Positions 1 to 7,705 are shown, numbered from the stretch's first letter. The stretch: DNA of 13,383 nt from Candidatus Eiseniibacteriota bacterium (GCA_031370645.1 JANMQV010000118.1:1-13383), one strand, 5' to 3'. Notes: generated from the sequence alone by a model not told the origin. Program-made: numbers and translations.

Positions 1-1583
1 TCCCACCACTCCTCGGCCCGCGCGGCGTTCCACGGTTCGTGGAGCGGAATCGAGTCGAGGCGCCGCGCCAACTCCACCGTGCTCGCCGGGCGATCCTCGG
101 GCTTCTTCGCGAGGCAGGCGAGGATCACCCGATCGAGTTCAGGCGGGATTTCGAGTTCCGTGAGCGTCGAGGGCGGCGCCGGTTCAGCCTGGATGTGCAG
201 CAGCATCATCTTCAGCGCGTTCTCCGCTTCGAAGACGAGCCGTCCCGTGAGGAGCCAGGTGGCGACGCAGCCGAGCGCGTAGATGTCGGCTCGCGCGTCG
301 ACTTCAGTTTCGCCGAGCGCCATCTCCGGGGCCATGAACGCGGGCGTTCCGGTCGTTACGTCGGGCGAGGTGAGAAGCGTCTGCTCCTGCGACGACGCGA
401 GGTTCGTCTTCACCAAGCCGAAGTCGAGCACCTTCACGAAATCGACGCTCAGCCCGAGGCGGCAGGTGTGGATATTCGAGGGTTTGATGTCACGGTGCAC
501 CATTCCGCGAACGTGCGCCTCCCCGAGCGAGTGGCAGGCGTGTTTGATGAGATAGATCGTCCGGGCGGCCGAAATGGGGCCGAAGCGCCGCACCAGCGTT
601 TCCAGGTCGACGCCATCGAGGAGTTCCATCACGTAGTAGAAGACGCCGTCGTCGGTGACGCCGAAGTCGTAGAGGCTGATCGTGTGAGGCGAGCGGAGCG
701 AAGCCGCCGCCTGCGCCTCGCGACGAAAGCGCTGGATCGTCATCTCGGCCCCGCGATTCGTGCCGAGCGCCTCGGAGCGGATCAGTTTGATCGCCGCGGG
801 GCGGGCAAGGAAACGGTGGCGCGCCCGGTAGACTTCCCCCATTCCCCCGCGGCCGATCATCTCTCCGAGTTGATAGGAGCCGAGCTCGCGCGCCTTCCGC
901 ACCTGGCGCCCCAACGTCGCGATGAGGTGCGAAGGAATCGCGGCGAGCGCCGCGCAGATATAGATCGGAAGGAAATGCCAGATGAGGACGAAGGGATCGG
1001 TAATGAACTGTTCGCCCCGTGCGCTGGCGAGGATGAGGAAGAGCGGATCCGTGGTCGCCGCCAGTAAGGCGGTGATCGTGGTGCTCCGCGGCGTGCTCGG
1101 GACGATCGACGGATAGACCAGAATGATGATGCAGAGCCAGGAGACGCCGACGGTCTCGATCTGGGGCTTCCAGTTGAAGAGCACCGACACCAGTGCTGCC
1201 GTCGCCACTTCGTAGACGAGTCCGATTCGAAGCAGCGTCTCGGGGCGGACGCGGTGCTTCCACGCGATGAGGAACATCACCGCTGAGATGCCGATTCCGG
1301 CGCCGGCTACCAGGTTCCCCGGCATCGGCCAGATCGAGTTGACCACCATCATGTCCATGTTCATGTGGTGGAGCAGATCGTGAACCCAGTTGTTCATCAC
1401 GATCGCGATCACCCAGACCGAGGCGAAAACGATGGCCATGATGCCGAGCCGCTTGCACGACTGCTCCAGCACTTCCGCCGGAAGGCCGCGGGTGCCGAAT
1501 CGCGTCGAGCTGGTCGGGGAGGGAGACGTGGTCGCGCGAAGGCTTGTCATCGGCCGGTCGGGATGGTGAACGTGGTCCGCCAT
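1..1583 (-). CDS. Membrane-embedded Hanks-type Ser/Thr protein kinase (N-terminal multi-TM region, C-terminal kinase domain); 3' end beyond the left edge
   Basis: Manual translation of the minus strand from ATG 1583 (alternative ATG 1550) stays open to base 1. About 220 aa with several hydrophobic segments precede the kinase motifs: IGRGGMGEVY (P-loop), AAIK, RFRREA (alphaC Glu), HRDIKPSN, DFG, GTPAFMAPE and DIYALG. It is absent from the ORF track because there is no stop in the window. Confidence 0.95.
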   Translation of the reverse strand, partial: MADHVHHPDRPMTSLRATTSPSPTSSTRFGTRGLPAEVLEQSCKRLGIMAIVFASVWVIAIVMNNWVHDLLHHMNMDMMVVNSIWPMPGNLVAGAGIGISAVMFLIAWKHRVRPETLLRIGLVYEVATAALVSVLFNWKPQIETVGVSWLCIIILVYPSIVPSTPRSTTITALLAATTDPLFLILASARGEQFITDPFVLIWHFLPIYICAALAAIPSHLIATLGRQVRKARELGSYQLGEMIGRGGMGEVYRARHRFLARPAAIKLIRSEALGTNRGAEMTIQRFRREAQAAASLRSPHTISLYDFGVTDDGVFYYVMELLDGVDLETLVRRFGPISAARTIYLIKHACHSLGEAHVRGMVHRDIKPSNIHTCRLGLSVDFVKVLDFGLVKTNLASSQEQTLLTSPDVTTGTPAFMAPEMALGETEVDARADIYALGCVATWLLTGRLVFEAENALKMMLLHIQAEPAPPSTLTELEIPPELDRVILACLAKKPEDRPASTVELARRLDSIPLHEPWNAARAEEWW

Positions 1584-1590
1584 GGCGGGA

Positions 1591-3558
1591 TCATACCCCT
1601 TCAAGTTCCTCGAGTTTTCTCCAAAGACCGTCGACGTCTTTTCGAAGCGCCTCGTAACGGCCGAGGAGTTCTTTCGTACGGGCGCCGTCGGCATAGAGTG
1701 CGGGGTCGGCCAGGCTGGTTTCCACCTCTTTGAGTTCTCGCTCCCGCAGCTCCAGGTCTGCCTCCGCCTTCTCGCGCTCCCGGGCACGCTTCTTCGCCTC
1801 GTTCTTCACGGTGGGGGCGCGGCCGGACGTTGCCGGCTTCTTGGCAACGCGGCCGGTTCCGGGAGCCGCGACGACCGCCGCGGCAGGGGCAACGGGCGCC
1901 ACGGCGGCACCCCCCGGCATTCCCTGCCGTTTCGTCGCTTCGGCCTTCGCTACCCGGGCCGATTCGTAGTCGTCGTAGCCGCCCGAATAGAGGACGACGC
2001 GCCCCTCCTCCACCGCGATGATCCGCGTGGCCAAGCTCGCCATGAGGGAGCGGTCGTGCGTGACGACGAGAACCGCGCCGGGGTATTGGCGAAGCGCTCC
2101 CTCCAGCACTTCCTTTCCGGCCAAGTCGAGATGATGCGTCGGCTCGTCGAGCAGGAGGATGTTCGCCGGCTCGAGAAGCATTCGCACGATCGCCACGCGC
2201 TGCCGCTCTCCGCCCGAGAGGATGCGGCACGACTTGTAGACGTCGTCGCCGAGGAAGAGAAAATTTCCGAGAAGCGCGCGGAGGGCCGATGTCGGCGTGC
2301 CGAAGGGGGCCACGTCCTCCACGGCCTGGAGAATCGTGAGGCTCGCGTCGAGTGTTTCCGCCGCATGCTGGGCGAAGTAGGCGAGCTTCGCCTGGGGATG
2401 GAGCTCCCGCTCCCCGCGCCGAGGGTCGAGCTGTCCCGCCAAGAGCCGCAAGAGGGTCGTCTTCCCCGCGCCGTTCGCGCCGACGATCGCGATCTTGTCG
2501 CCCCGCTCGATGACGACGTTCGCGTCGGTGAAGATGTCGCGCTTGTCGTAACCGAACGAGACGCCCTCAAGCCGCGTGAGCGTGCGACCGACGTGCGGCG
2601 GCGTCGGAAACGAAAAGGAGATGTGCCGGGCCTTCCGCGGCACGACGACGCGCTGGCGCTTCAAGCGATCGATCTGCTTCATCTTGCTCGCGGCCTGCGT
2701 CGCCTTCGTGTTCTTGGCGCCGAACCGCTCCACGAATCGGGAGAGCTGGGCGATCTTCTGATCGAGCTGCTCGTTTTGCGACTCGAGCGCCTCGCGCCGC
2801 CGCTGCCGCTCCTCGAGATAGTCGGTGAACGACATGACGAACTCGTTCAGTTCCGCGTGGTCGAGCTCCCGCACCTCGTCGGTGATCCGGTCGAGGAAGA
2901 CCCGGTCGTGCGACACCACGATCAGCCCGCCATGGAACGTCTCGAGATATTCCTCCAGCCACTCCATGGCCGGCAGGTCGAGATGGTTCGTCGGCTCGTC
3001 CAGGAAGAGGAGCGTCGGGTCGGTGAGAAGGAGCGCCGCGAGCGCCACGCGCATCCGCCATCCGCCCGAGAAGGAGGCGAGCGGCCGGTCCTGGTCTTCC
3101 GTCGAGAAGCCAAGCCCCGCCAAAACGCGGCGCGCCTCCGGCACCAGCGTGTGCTCGTCCGACCGCTCGAGCGTGTGCTGGAGCTCCCCGGCCCGGTCGA
3201 GAAGGGCTTCCATTCGCGGATCCCCCGGATCGAGGGTCGGGATTTCCTGGTAGAGCGCGTCCAACTCCTCCCGCATCTCCATCAAGTGGCGGTGGGCTTC
3301 GAGGGCGCGGTCGAGCACCGTGCCCTCGAACTTCTCAGCCGCTTCCTGCGGGAGATACCCGATCCGGGTTCCGCGCGAGAGGACGCGCGTCCCCTTGTCG
3401 GGGCGAAGTTCCCCGAGGAGTACTTTCAAGAGCGTCGTCTTCCCCGCCCCGTTCGGACCGACCAAGGCGACGCGATCGCCGGGGCCGAGCGTCCAGGTAA
3501 GCCCTGTGAACAGGGCGCGTGTGCCGATGGAATAGGAGACGTCGTTCAGCCGGATCAT
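1591..3558 (-). CDS. ABC-F family ribosome-associated ATPase (YheS/YdiF/Uup-like) with C-terminal coiled-coil extension
   Basis: Two tandem ABC domains and no TM segments. Walker A motifs GPNGAGKT and GANGAGKT, signatures FSGGW and LSGGE, Walker B motifs LDEPTNHLD and LDEPTHHLD. The interdomain linker FVERFGAKNTKATQAASK is followed later by an Ala-rich linker and a charged helical C-terminal domain. Confidence 0.95.
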   Translation of the reverse strand: MIRLNDVSYSIGTRALFTGLTWTLGPGDRVALVGPNGAGKTTLLKVLLGELRPDKGTRVLSRGTRIGYLPQEAAEKFEGTVLDRALEAHRHLMEMREELDALYQEIPTLDPGDPRMEALLDRAGELQHTLERSDEHTLVPEARRVLAGLGFSTEDQDRPLASFSGGWRMRVALAALLLTDPTLLFLDEPTNHLDLPAMEWLEEYLETFHGGLIVVSHDRVFLDRITDEVRELDHAELNEFVMSFTDYLEERQRRREALESQNEQLDQKIAQLSRFVERFGAKNTKATQAASKMKQIDRLKRQRVVVPRKARHISFSFPTPPHVGRTLTRLEGVSFGYDKRDIFTDANVVIERGDKIAIVGANGAGKTTLLRLLAGQLDPRRGERELHPQAKLAYFAQHAAETLDASLTILQAVEDVAPFGTPTSALRALLGNFLFLGDDVYKSCRILSGGERQRVAIVRMLLEPANILLLDEPTHHLDLAGKEVLEGALRQYPGAVLVVTHDRSLMASLATRIIAVEEGRVVLYSGGYDDYESARVAKAEATKRQGMPGGAAVAPVAPAAAVVAAPGTGRVAKKPATSGRAPTVKNEAKKRAREREKAEADLELRERELKEVETSLADPALYADGARTKELLGRYEALRKDVDGLWRKLEELEGV

Positions 3559-3671
3559 GAGGGAGGGAGTGTACCGTTCATCCGCACTACCCTTCCACCG
3601 CTCCCTGTGGCATCCTCCCGCGGTTGCCCCGAAGGGGGTCCACGGACGGATCCAACGCCAGGAGGAACTCG

Positions 3672-4040
3672 ATGATGCGACGGTTCACGACATTCCTGTT
3701 ACTGCTGAGCGCTCTGATCATGATGGTCGGGTGCGGCGGCGATAAGGTGAAGTCGGTGCTTGCCGACGGAGAGACGAGGGCGAAGTTGATGGACGCCATT
3801 GCGGGCGACACTGCGGTCTCCGGCGAGGTGATCGACAAGCTGATGGGCGCCGAGGGAACACGGGAGCAATTGGTCGAGAAGATCCTCGGAAACGGCGACA
3901 TGATGCAGGCACTGATGGGCCGAATGTCCAAGGATCAGACGATGGTGGACGGCATCATGAATCTCGCGGTGCAGGACAGCATGATGAAGAGTCACATGAT
4001 GAGCGTGCTCCAGGGCATGCAGATGATGTCGAAGAAGTAG
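3672..4040 (+). CDS. Methionine-rich predicted lipoprotein with 14-aa helical repeats (122 aa, function unknown)
   Basis: SD AGGAGG at 3660-3665 precedes ATG 3672 (or 3675). The signal peptide MMRRFTTFLLLLSALIMMVG-C ends in a lipobox Cys21. The mature part has 15 Met in about 102 aa, and a terminator hairpin follows the gene. Confidence 0.85.
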   Translation: MMRRFTTFLLLLSALIMMVGCGGDKVKSVLADGETRAKLMDAIAGDTAVSGEVIDKLMGAEGTREQLVEKILGNGDMMQALMGRMSKDQTMVDGIMNLAVQDSMMKSHMMSVLQGMQMMSKK

Positions 4041-4073
4041 CGGTACCGACACCGATTGCGTCGAGGGAACGTC

Positions 4074-4109
4074 GGGGCCGTGGCGAAACGCCGCGGCCCC
4101 TTCTCGTTT
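4074..4109 (+). terminator. Intrinsic (Rho-independent) terminator after the lipoprotein gene
   Basis: GGGGCCGTGGCG-AAA-CGCCGCGGCCCC forms a 12-bp GC stem with one G-U pair. It is followed by TTCTCGTTT and lies 33 nt after the TAG stop. Confidence 0.75.
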
Positions 4110-4211
4110 CCGGCATCACGGCGTATTCTCGAACCGGAGCCGCGCGCAGGTTCTCCGCGACGCATCACCCGAGGCGGGAAGAACTCCCTGAGTGCCATGG
4201 AGGTGTCAACG

Positions 4212-4601
4212 ATGCCAGAGCCGTCCGCCTTGCTGTTGATCATCATTGGACTTCTGGCCGGCGTCCTTTCGGGAATGTTCGGCATCGGAGGGGGCGTCGT
4301 CATCGTTCCGGCACTGATCTACGTCGCCGGCTTCAGGCAGCATATGGCGACGGGAACGAGCCTCGCCGTGCTCCTCCCGCCCATCGGAATCGCCGCTGCC
4401 TACGAATACCATCGCCACGGAAACGTGAATATCCGTGCCGCCGCCATCATCGCCGTCGCCGTGCTGGTGGGCGGATGGCTCGGCGCCGTCGTGGCAAACC
4501 GAATGGCCGGCCCGCAACTGCGGCTCGCCTTCGGGGTCTTCGTCGTGGGACTTGGAATCTATTTGATCTACGGGGCGATGCGCCGGCTAGGCTGGCTGTA
4601 G
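4212..4601 (+). CDS. Half-size sulfite exporter TauE/SafE (TSUP) family membrane protein, 129 aa, about 4 TM
   Basis: SD GGAGGT at 4199-4204, 7 nt before ATG 4212. TSUP repeat signature GLLAGVLSGMFGIGGGVVIVPAL...A.GTSL...Y..HGNV...GGWLGA...LRLAFGVFV. Only one repeat unit is present. Confidence 0.9.
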   Translation: MPEPSALLLIIIGLLAGVLSGMFGIGGGVVIVPALIYVAGFRQHMATGTSLAVLLPPIGIAAAYEYHRHGNVNIRAAAIIAVAVLVGGWLGAVVANRMAGPQLRLAFGVFVVGLGIYLIYGAMRRLGWL

Positions 4602-4641
4602 CCCATGCAGAACGTGGTCTCGCCCGCCAGGCTGTAACGTC

Positions 4642-5325
4642 ATGCCGACCGAGTTCGACATGCGGATCAAAGTGGCCATCTACCGGCACTTCGCCGAGAC
4701 GGGCCGCGGTCCCACGCCCGCCGAGGTGGCCGACCGCGCCGGCACCGATGCCGCGACGGTGCTCGATGCGTATCCGAGACTTCGGGCGCTCCGCGTCCTG
4801 CTGCTCGAAGCCGACGGAGTCTCAATCCGGATGGCGCCGCCTTTCTCCGGCGTCCCGACGCAACATGTCGTCGTCGCGGACGGGATCCGCTACTTCGCGA
4901 ACTGCGCGTGGGACTCGTTCGGAATTCCGGCCGCGCTTCACCGGCCGGCGGAAGTGCATTCGCGGTGCGAGCAGAGCGGCGAGCCGCTTCATCTCACGAT
5001 CGGCCCGGACGGACCGGGGCCATCGGATTGGATCTATCACTGCCTTGTGCCCGCTTCCCACTGGTGGGACGACATCGGCTTTACCTGAAGCACGATGCTC
5101 TTCTTCCGGTCGGAAGAACGGGTCCGCGCGTGGTGCGTGGCGCACGACTATCCGCTGCGGCCGCTCGTCACGATCGAGCAGCTCTGGAATCTCTCCACAA
5201 CGTGGTACGCCACGCGATTGCAGGAGAATTCCCGTCGCCCCCAGCCGAACGAGATGCGGGCAATCTTCGCGGGCTTGGGATTGACGGGAGATTTCTGGGA
5301 TCCGGAGTCGGATCGGTTCGGGTAA
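4642..5325 (+). CDS. merB: MerB (organomercurial/alkylmercury lyase)-family protein, predicted selenoprotein (Sec149 at TGA 5086-5088), 227 aa
   Basis: Track ORFs 4642-5088 and 5095-5325 share a frame and are joined by TGA AGC ACG. There is an N-terminal wHTH-like segment. YFANCAWDSFGIP matches the MerB CxxD catalytic motif (Cys96/Asp99 in E. coli), and SRCEQSGEPLHLTI matches the Cys117 region. DIGFT-U-STMLFFRS aligns to the MerB C159..HFFAS segment. A SECIS-like hairpin follows the TGA. The symbol denotes family membership, not proven orthology. Confidence 0.85.
5089..5132 (+). promoter_or_regulatory. Bacterial SECIS element (selenocysteine insertion hairpin)
   Basis: Upper stem TTCTTCC (5101-5107) pairs with GGAAGAA (5112-5118) around the apical loop GGTC (5108-5111), which begins 19 nt after the UGA. 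The stem extends by GCTC/GGGT around bulged C5119 and by CACG/CGTG. The GGUC loop resembles the E. coli fdhF SECIS loop. Confidence 0.8.
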
Positions 5326-5400
5326 CGTCGGCGGGAGAATCGTGGTACGGTTTTCGGAGTGCACGTTGTCCTCAACGCCCAAAAACCATGCGAGGTGCCC

Positions 5401-5613
5401 ATGAAACCGGTTCAAATCGTCGGCCTGATCCTGATCATCGCCGGTATCTTCGTCCTCTGGAAGCACCCCACGTACGCGACGAAGAAGAACGTCATCGAAC
5501 TCGGCGATCTCAAGGCGACCGTCGATGAACGCGAAGCGGTGCCGGGCTGGCTCGGCGCCGTGAGCATCGGCGCGGGAGTGATCTTGCTGTTCGCCGGGAG
5601 TCGGAAGTCCTAG
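5401..5613 (+). CDS. Small two-TM membrane protein (DUF3185-like), 70 aa
   Basis: SD GAGGT at 5392-5396. The sequence [20 protein letters not shown]...[31 protein letters not shown] has two hydrophobic helices around a short loop. The family label is from pattern recall only. Confidence 0.75.
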   Translation: MKPVQIVGLILIIAGIFVLWKHPTYATKKNVIELGDLKATVDEREAVPGWLGAVSIGAGVILLFAGSRKS

Positions 5614-5629
5614 TCGACCTGAGAACGCG

Positions 5630-6250
5630 ATGACGCCGACGGAATTCGCCCAATGGAGACCGCATCCCTGGCACGGTCTCGAGACCGGAAGGGAACCGCC
5701 GCTACAGGTGAACGCGTACATCGAGATCACGCCGTTCGATCTTATCAAGTACGAGCTCGACAAGCCGACCGGCTACCTCCGCGTCGACCGGCCGCAGCGG
5801 ACGTCATCCCAGCCACCCGCGCTCTACGGGTTCATTCCCCGCACCTACTGCGGGCAAGAAATCGCGGCGCTCTGCCCCGGGGCCGATCACGGCGACGGCG
5901 ACCCGCTCGACATCTGCGTTTTGAGCGAACGGCCGATCGCGCGCTCCGAGGTGATCATACCGTCCCGCGTCGTCGGAGGGATCCAGTTGCTTGATCGGGG
6001 CGAGGCCGACGACAAGATCCTCGCGGTCTTGGAAGGCGACTTCATGTGGAGCGGGGCTTCCGACATCACCAACCTACCCGACATTCTCGTGGAGCGGCTG
6101 GTCCACTACTTCTCTACGTACAAGCTCGTGCCGCATGCCGACGTGCAGATCGTGGTCCAGAAGACCTACGGCGTGGACCACGCGTCGCGCGTGGTGAAGG
6201 CCGCGATGGAGGACTACCGTACGCTTGTCGCCAACGCGCCGTCCCGCTGA
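5630..6250 (+). CDS. ppa: Inorganic pyrophosphatase, family I (soluble)
   Basis: Motifs HPWH, IEI, KYELDK..G.LRVDR, YGFIPRT, DGDGDPLD (catalytic), DRGEADDK and FSTYK. Confidence 0.95.
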   Translation: MTPTEFAQWRPHPWHGLETGREPPLQVNAYIEITPFDLIKYELDKPTGYLRVDRPQRTSSQPPALYGFIPRTYCGQEIAALCPGADHGDGDPLDICVLSERPIARSEVIIPSRVVGGIQLLDRGEADDKILAVLEGDFMWSGASDITNLPDILVERLVHYFSTYKLVPHADVQIVVQKTYGVDHASRVVKAAMEDYRTLVANAPSR

Positions 6251-6331
6251 ACTCGCGGGAAGTCTAGGCTCTCCCCCGCGCGCCCGAGGCTCTCTGCGAT
6301 CGCCGCATCGCGTCCGGCACCTCGGCGCTCG

Positions 6332-7705
6332 TCAGCCTACCCAAACCGTCTTCACGTTCACGAACTCACGGATTCCGAACGCCGCCAGTTCACGTCCGTA
6401 GCCCGATTCCTTCACGCCGCCGAACGGCAACCGTGGGTCGGAGCGGACGAGGCCGTTCACGAAGCAGGCTCCCGCGTCGAACTCCGTCGCGGCAATCCGC
6501 TCCCCGCGCGCCACGTCGCGCGTGAAGACCGCGGCGCCGAGACCGAACGGCGTGTCGTTGGCGAAGCGGATCGCCTCCGCTTCGTCGCGCGCCGCGATCA
6601 CCGCGGCCACGGGCCCAAACGTCTCCTCGCCGAAGACCGGCATGCCGGGGAGAACCTGGTCGAGCACCGTCGGCGGATAGAATGCGCCCGGCCCGTCGGG
6701 AACCCGCCCTCCCAACAATACGCGCGCGCCACGAGCGACGCTCGCCTGCACCTGCCGGTGAAGCTCGTCGCGAAGATCCAATCGGGCCATGGGACCGAGG
6801 TCGGGAGCCGCAGCGCCTTCCGCGAGCGGATTCCCCCATCGCTTCGCGCGCATGGCGGCGACGAATCGCTCGGTGAACGCCTCGCGAATCGGCTCGACCG
6901 CGATGAAGCGCTTCGCCGCGATGCACGACTGGCCGGCGTTGATCAACCGCGAGGCGGCGCAGGTGATCGCGGCCGCGTCGAGATCGGCATCTTCGAGAAT
7001 GACGTAGGGGTCGCTCCCTCCCAACTCGAGCACCGTTTTCTTCAGCACGGCGCCCGCCGCGGCCGCCACCGCGCGTCCCGCCGGCGCGCTCCCGGTCAGC
7101 GTGACGGCGCGAATCTGCGGCATGGCGATGATCGGCTCCACAGCGGAACCGGGAACGAGGAGCGTCGTGAAGAGTCCGTCGGGAAGCCCCGCCTCGCGGA
7201 AGATCGCCTCGATGGCGAGCGAGCAGCCCGAGACGTTCGAGGCGTGCTTCAGCACGCAGGCGTTCCCCGCCATGAGCGCCGGGGCCGCGAAGCGAAAAAC
7301 TTGCCAGAACGGAAAATTCCACGGCATCACGGCGAGCACGACGCCGAGCGGTTGAAACGAGACGTAGGAGCGCGTCGCGTCCGAAGGCGCCTCCTGCGGC
7401 GACAACATCCACGCCGCATGTTCGGCGAAGAATTCGCAGGTCCACGCGCACTTCTCCGACTCGGCGCGCCCTTGCGCGACCGGTTTTCCCATCTCCCGCG
7501 CCATCATGATCGCGTCGTCCGCCGCCCGCTCGCGAAGCCGCGCGGCGACGCGCCGCAACACGACGGCGCGCGTCTCGATTGGTTCCCGCCGCCACGAATG
7601 GTACGCGCGCTCGGCTTGATCCAACGCGACACCGATGGCTGCCGGCTTCGCTTCCGGATAGTCGCGGATCGTCTCGCCCGTTGTCGGATCGATCGATCGA
7701 AGCAT
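6332..7705 (-). CDS. gabD: NAD(P)-dependent succinate-semialdehyde dehydrogenase (ALDH superfamily, GabD1/Sad type)
   Basis: Motifs PLGVVLAVMPWNFPFWQVFRFAAP, LKHAS, LTGS, LELGGSDP (catalytic Glu), NAGQSCIAAKR (catalytic Cys), EETFGP and PFGGVKESGYGREL. Confidence 0.9.
   Translation of the reverse strand: MLRSIDPTTGETIRDYPEAKPAAIGVALDQAERAYHSWRREPIETRAVVLRRVAARLRERAADDAIMMAREMGKPVAQGRAESEKCAWTCEFFAEHAAWMLSPQEAPSDATRSYVSFQPLGVVLAVMPWNFPFWQVFRFAAPALMAGNACVLKHASNVSGCSLAIEAIFREAGLPDGLFTTLLVPGSAVEPIIAMPQIRAVTLTGSAPAGRAVAAAAGAVLKKTVLELGGSDPYVILEDADLDAAAITCAASRLINAGQSCIAAKRFIAVEPIREAFTERFVAAMRAKRWGNPLAEGAAAPDLGPMARLDLRDELHRQVQASVARGARVLLGGRVPDGPGAFYPPTVLDQVLPGMPVFGEETFGPVAAVIAARDEAEAIRFANDTPFGLGAAVFTRDVARGERIAATEFDAGACFVNGLVRSDPRLPFGGVKESGYGRELAAFGIREFVNVKTVWVG

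Noticed and set aside
3624-4211. Longer N-termini given by the track for the lipoprotein (3624) and TSUP (4056); likewise 5359 and 10735
   Set aside because: Strong SD sequences and domain boundaries support starts at 3672, 4212, 5401 and 10984. The 4056 extension runs through a terminator.
5086-5088. TGA as a simple nonsense mutation (pseudogene) or as the end of one of two separate genes
   Set aside because: It falls at the expected catalytic Cys column, both halves are otherwise intact and in frame, the second ORF lacks an SD, and a SECIS-like hairpin follows. It remains formally possible until the sel genes are confirmed.
6248-6285. Sec read-through of the ppa TGA, since a hairpin follows it
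   Set aside because: Ppa is already complete, no Cys is expected at that position, and the read-through sequence is low-complexity and runs into the convergent gabD.
1591-6334. Genome-wide UGA reassignment (Trp or Gly) as the explanation for the in-frame TGA
   Set aside because: TGA ends the ABC-F, ppa and gabD genes at their natural C-termini. No other gene in the window has an internal TGA, and Trp is encoded by TGG.
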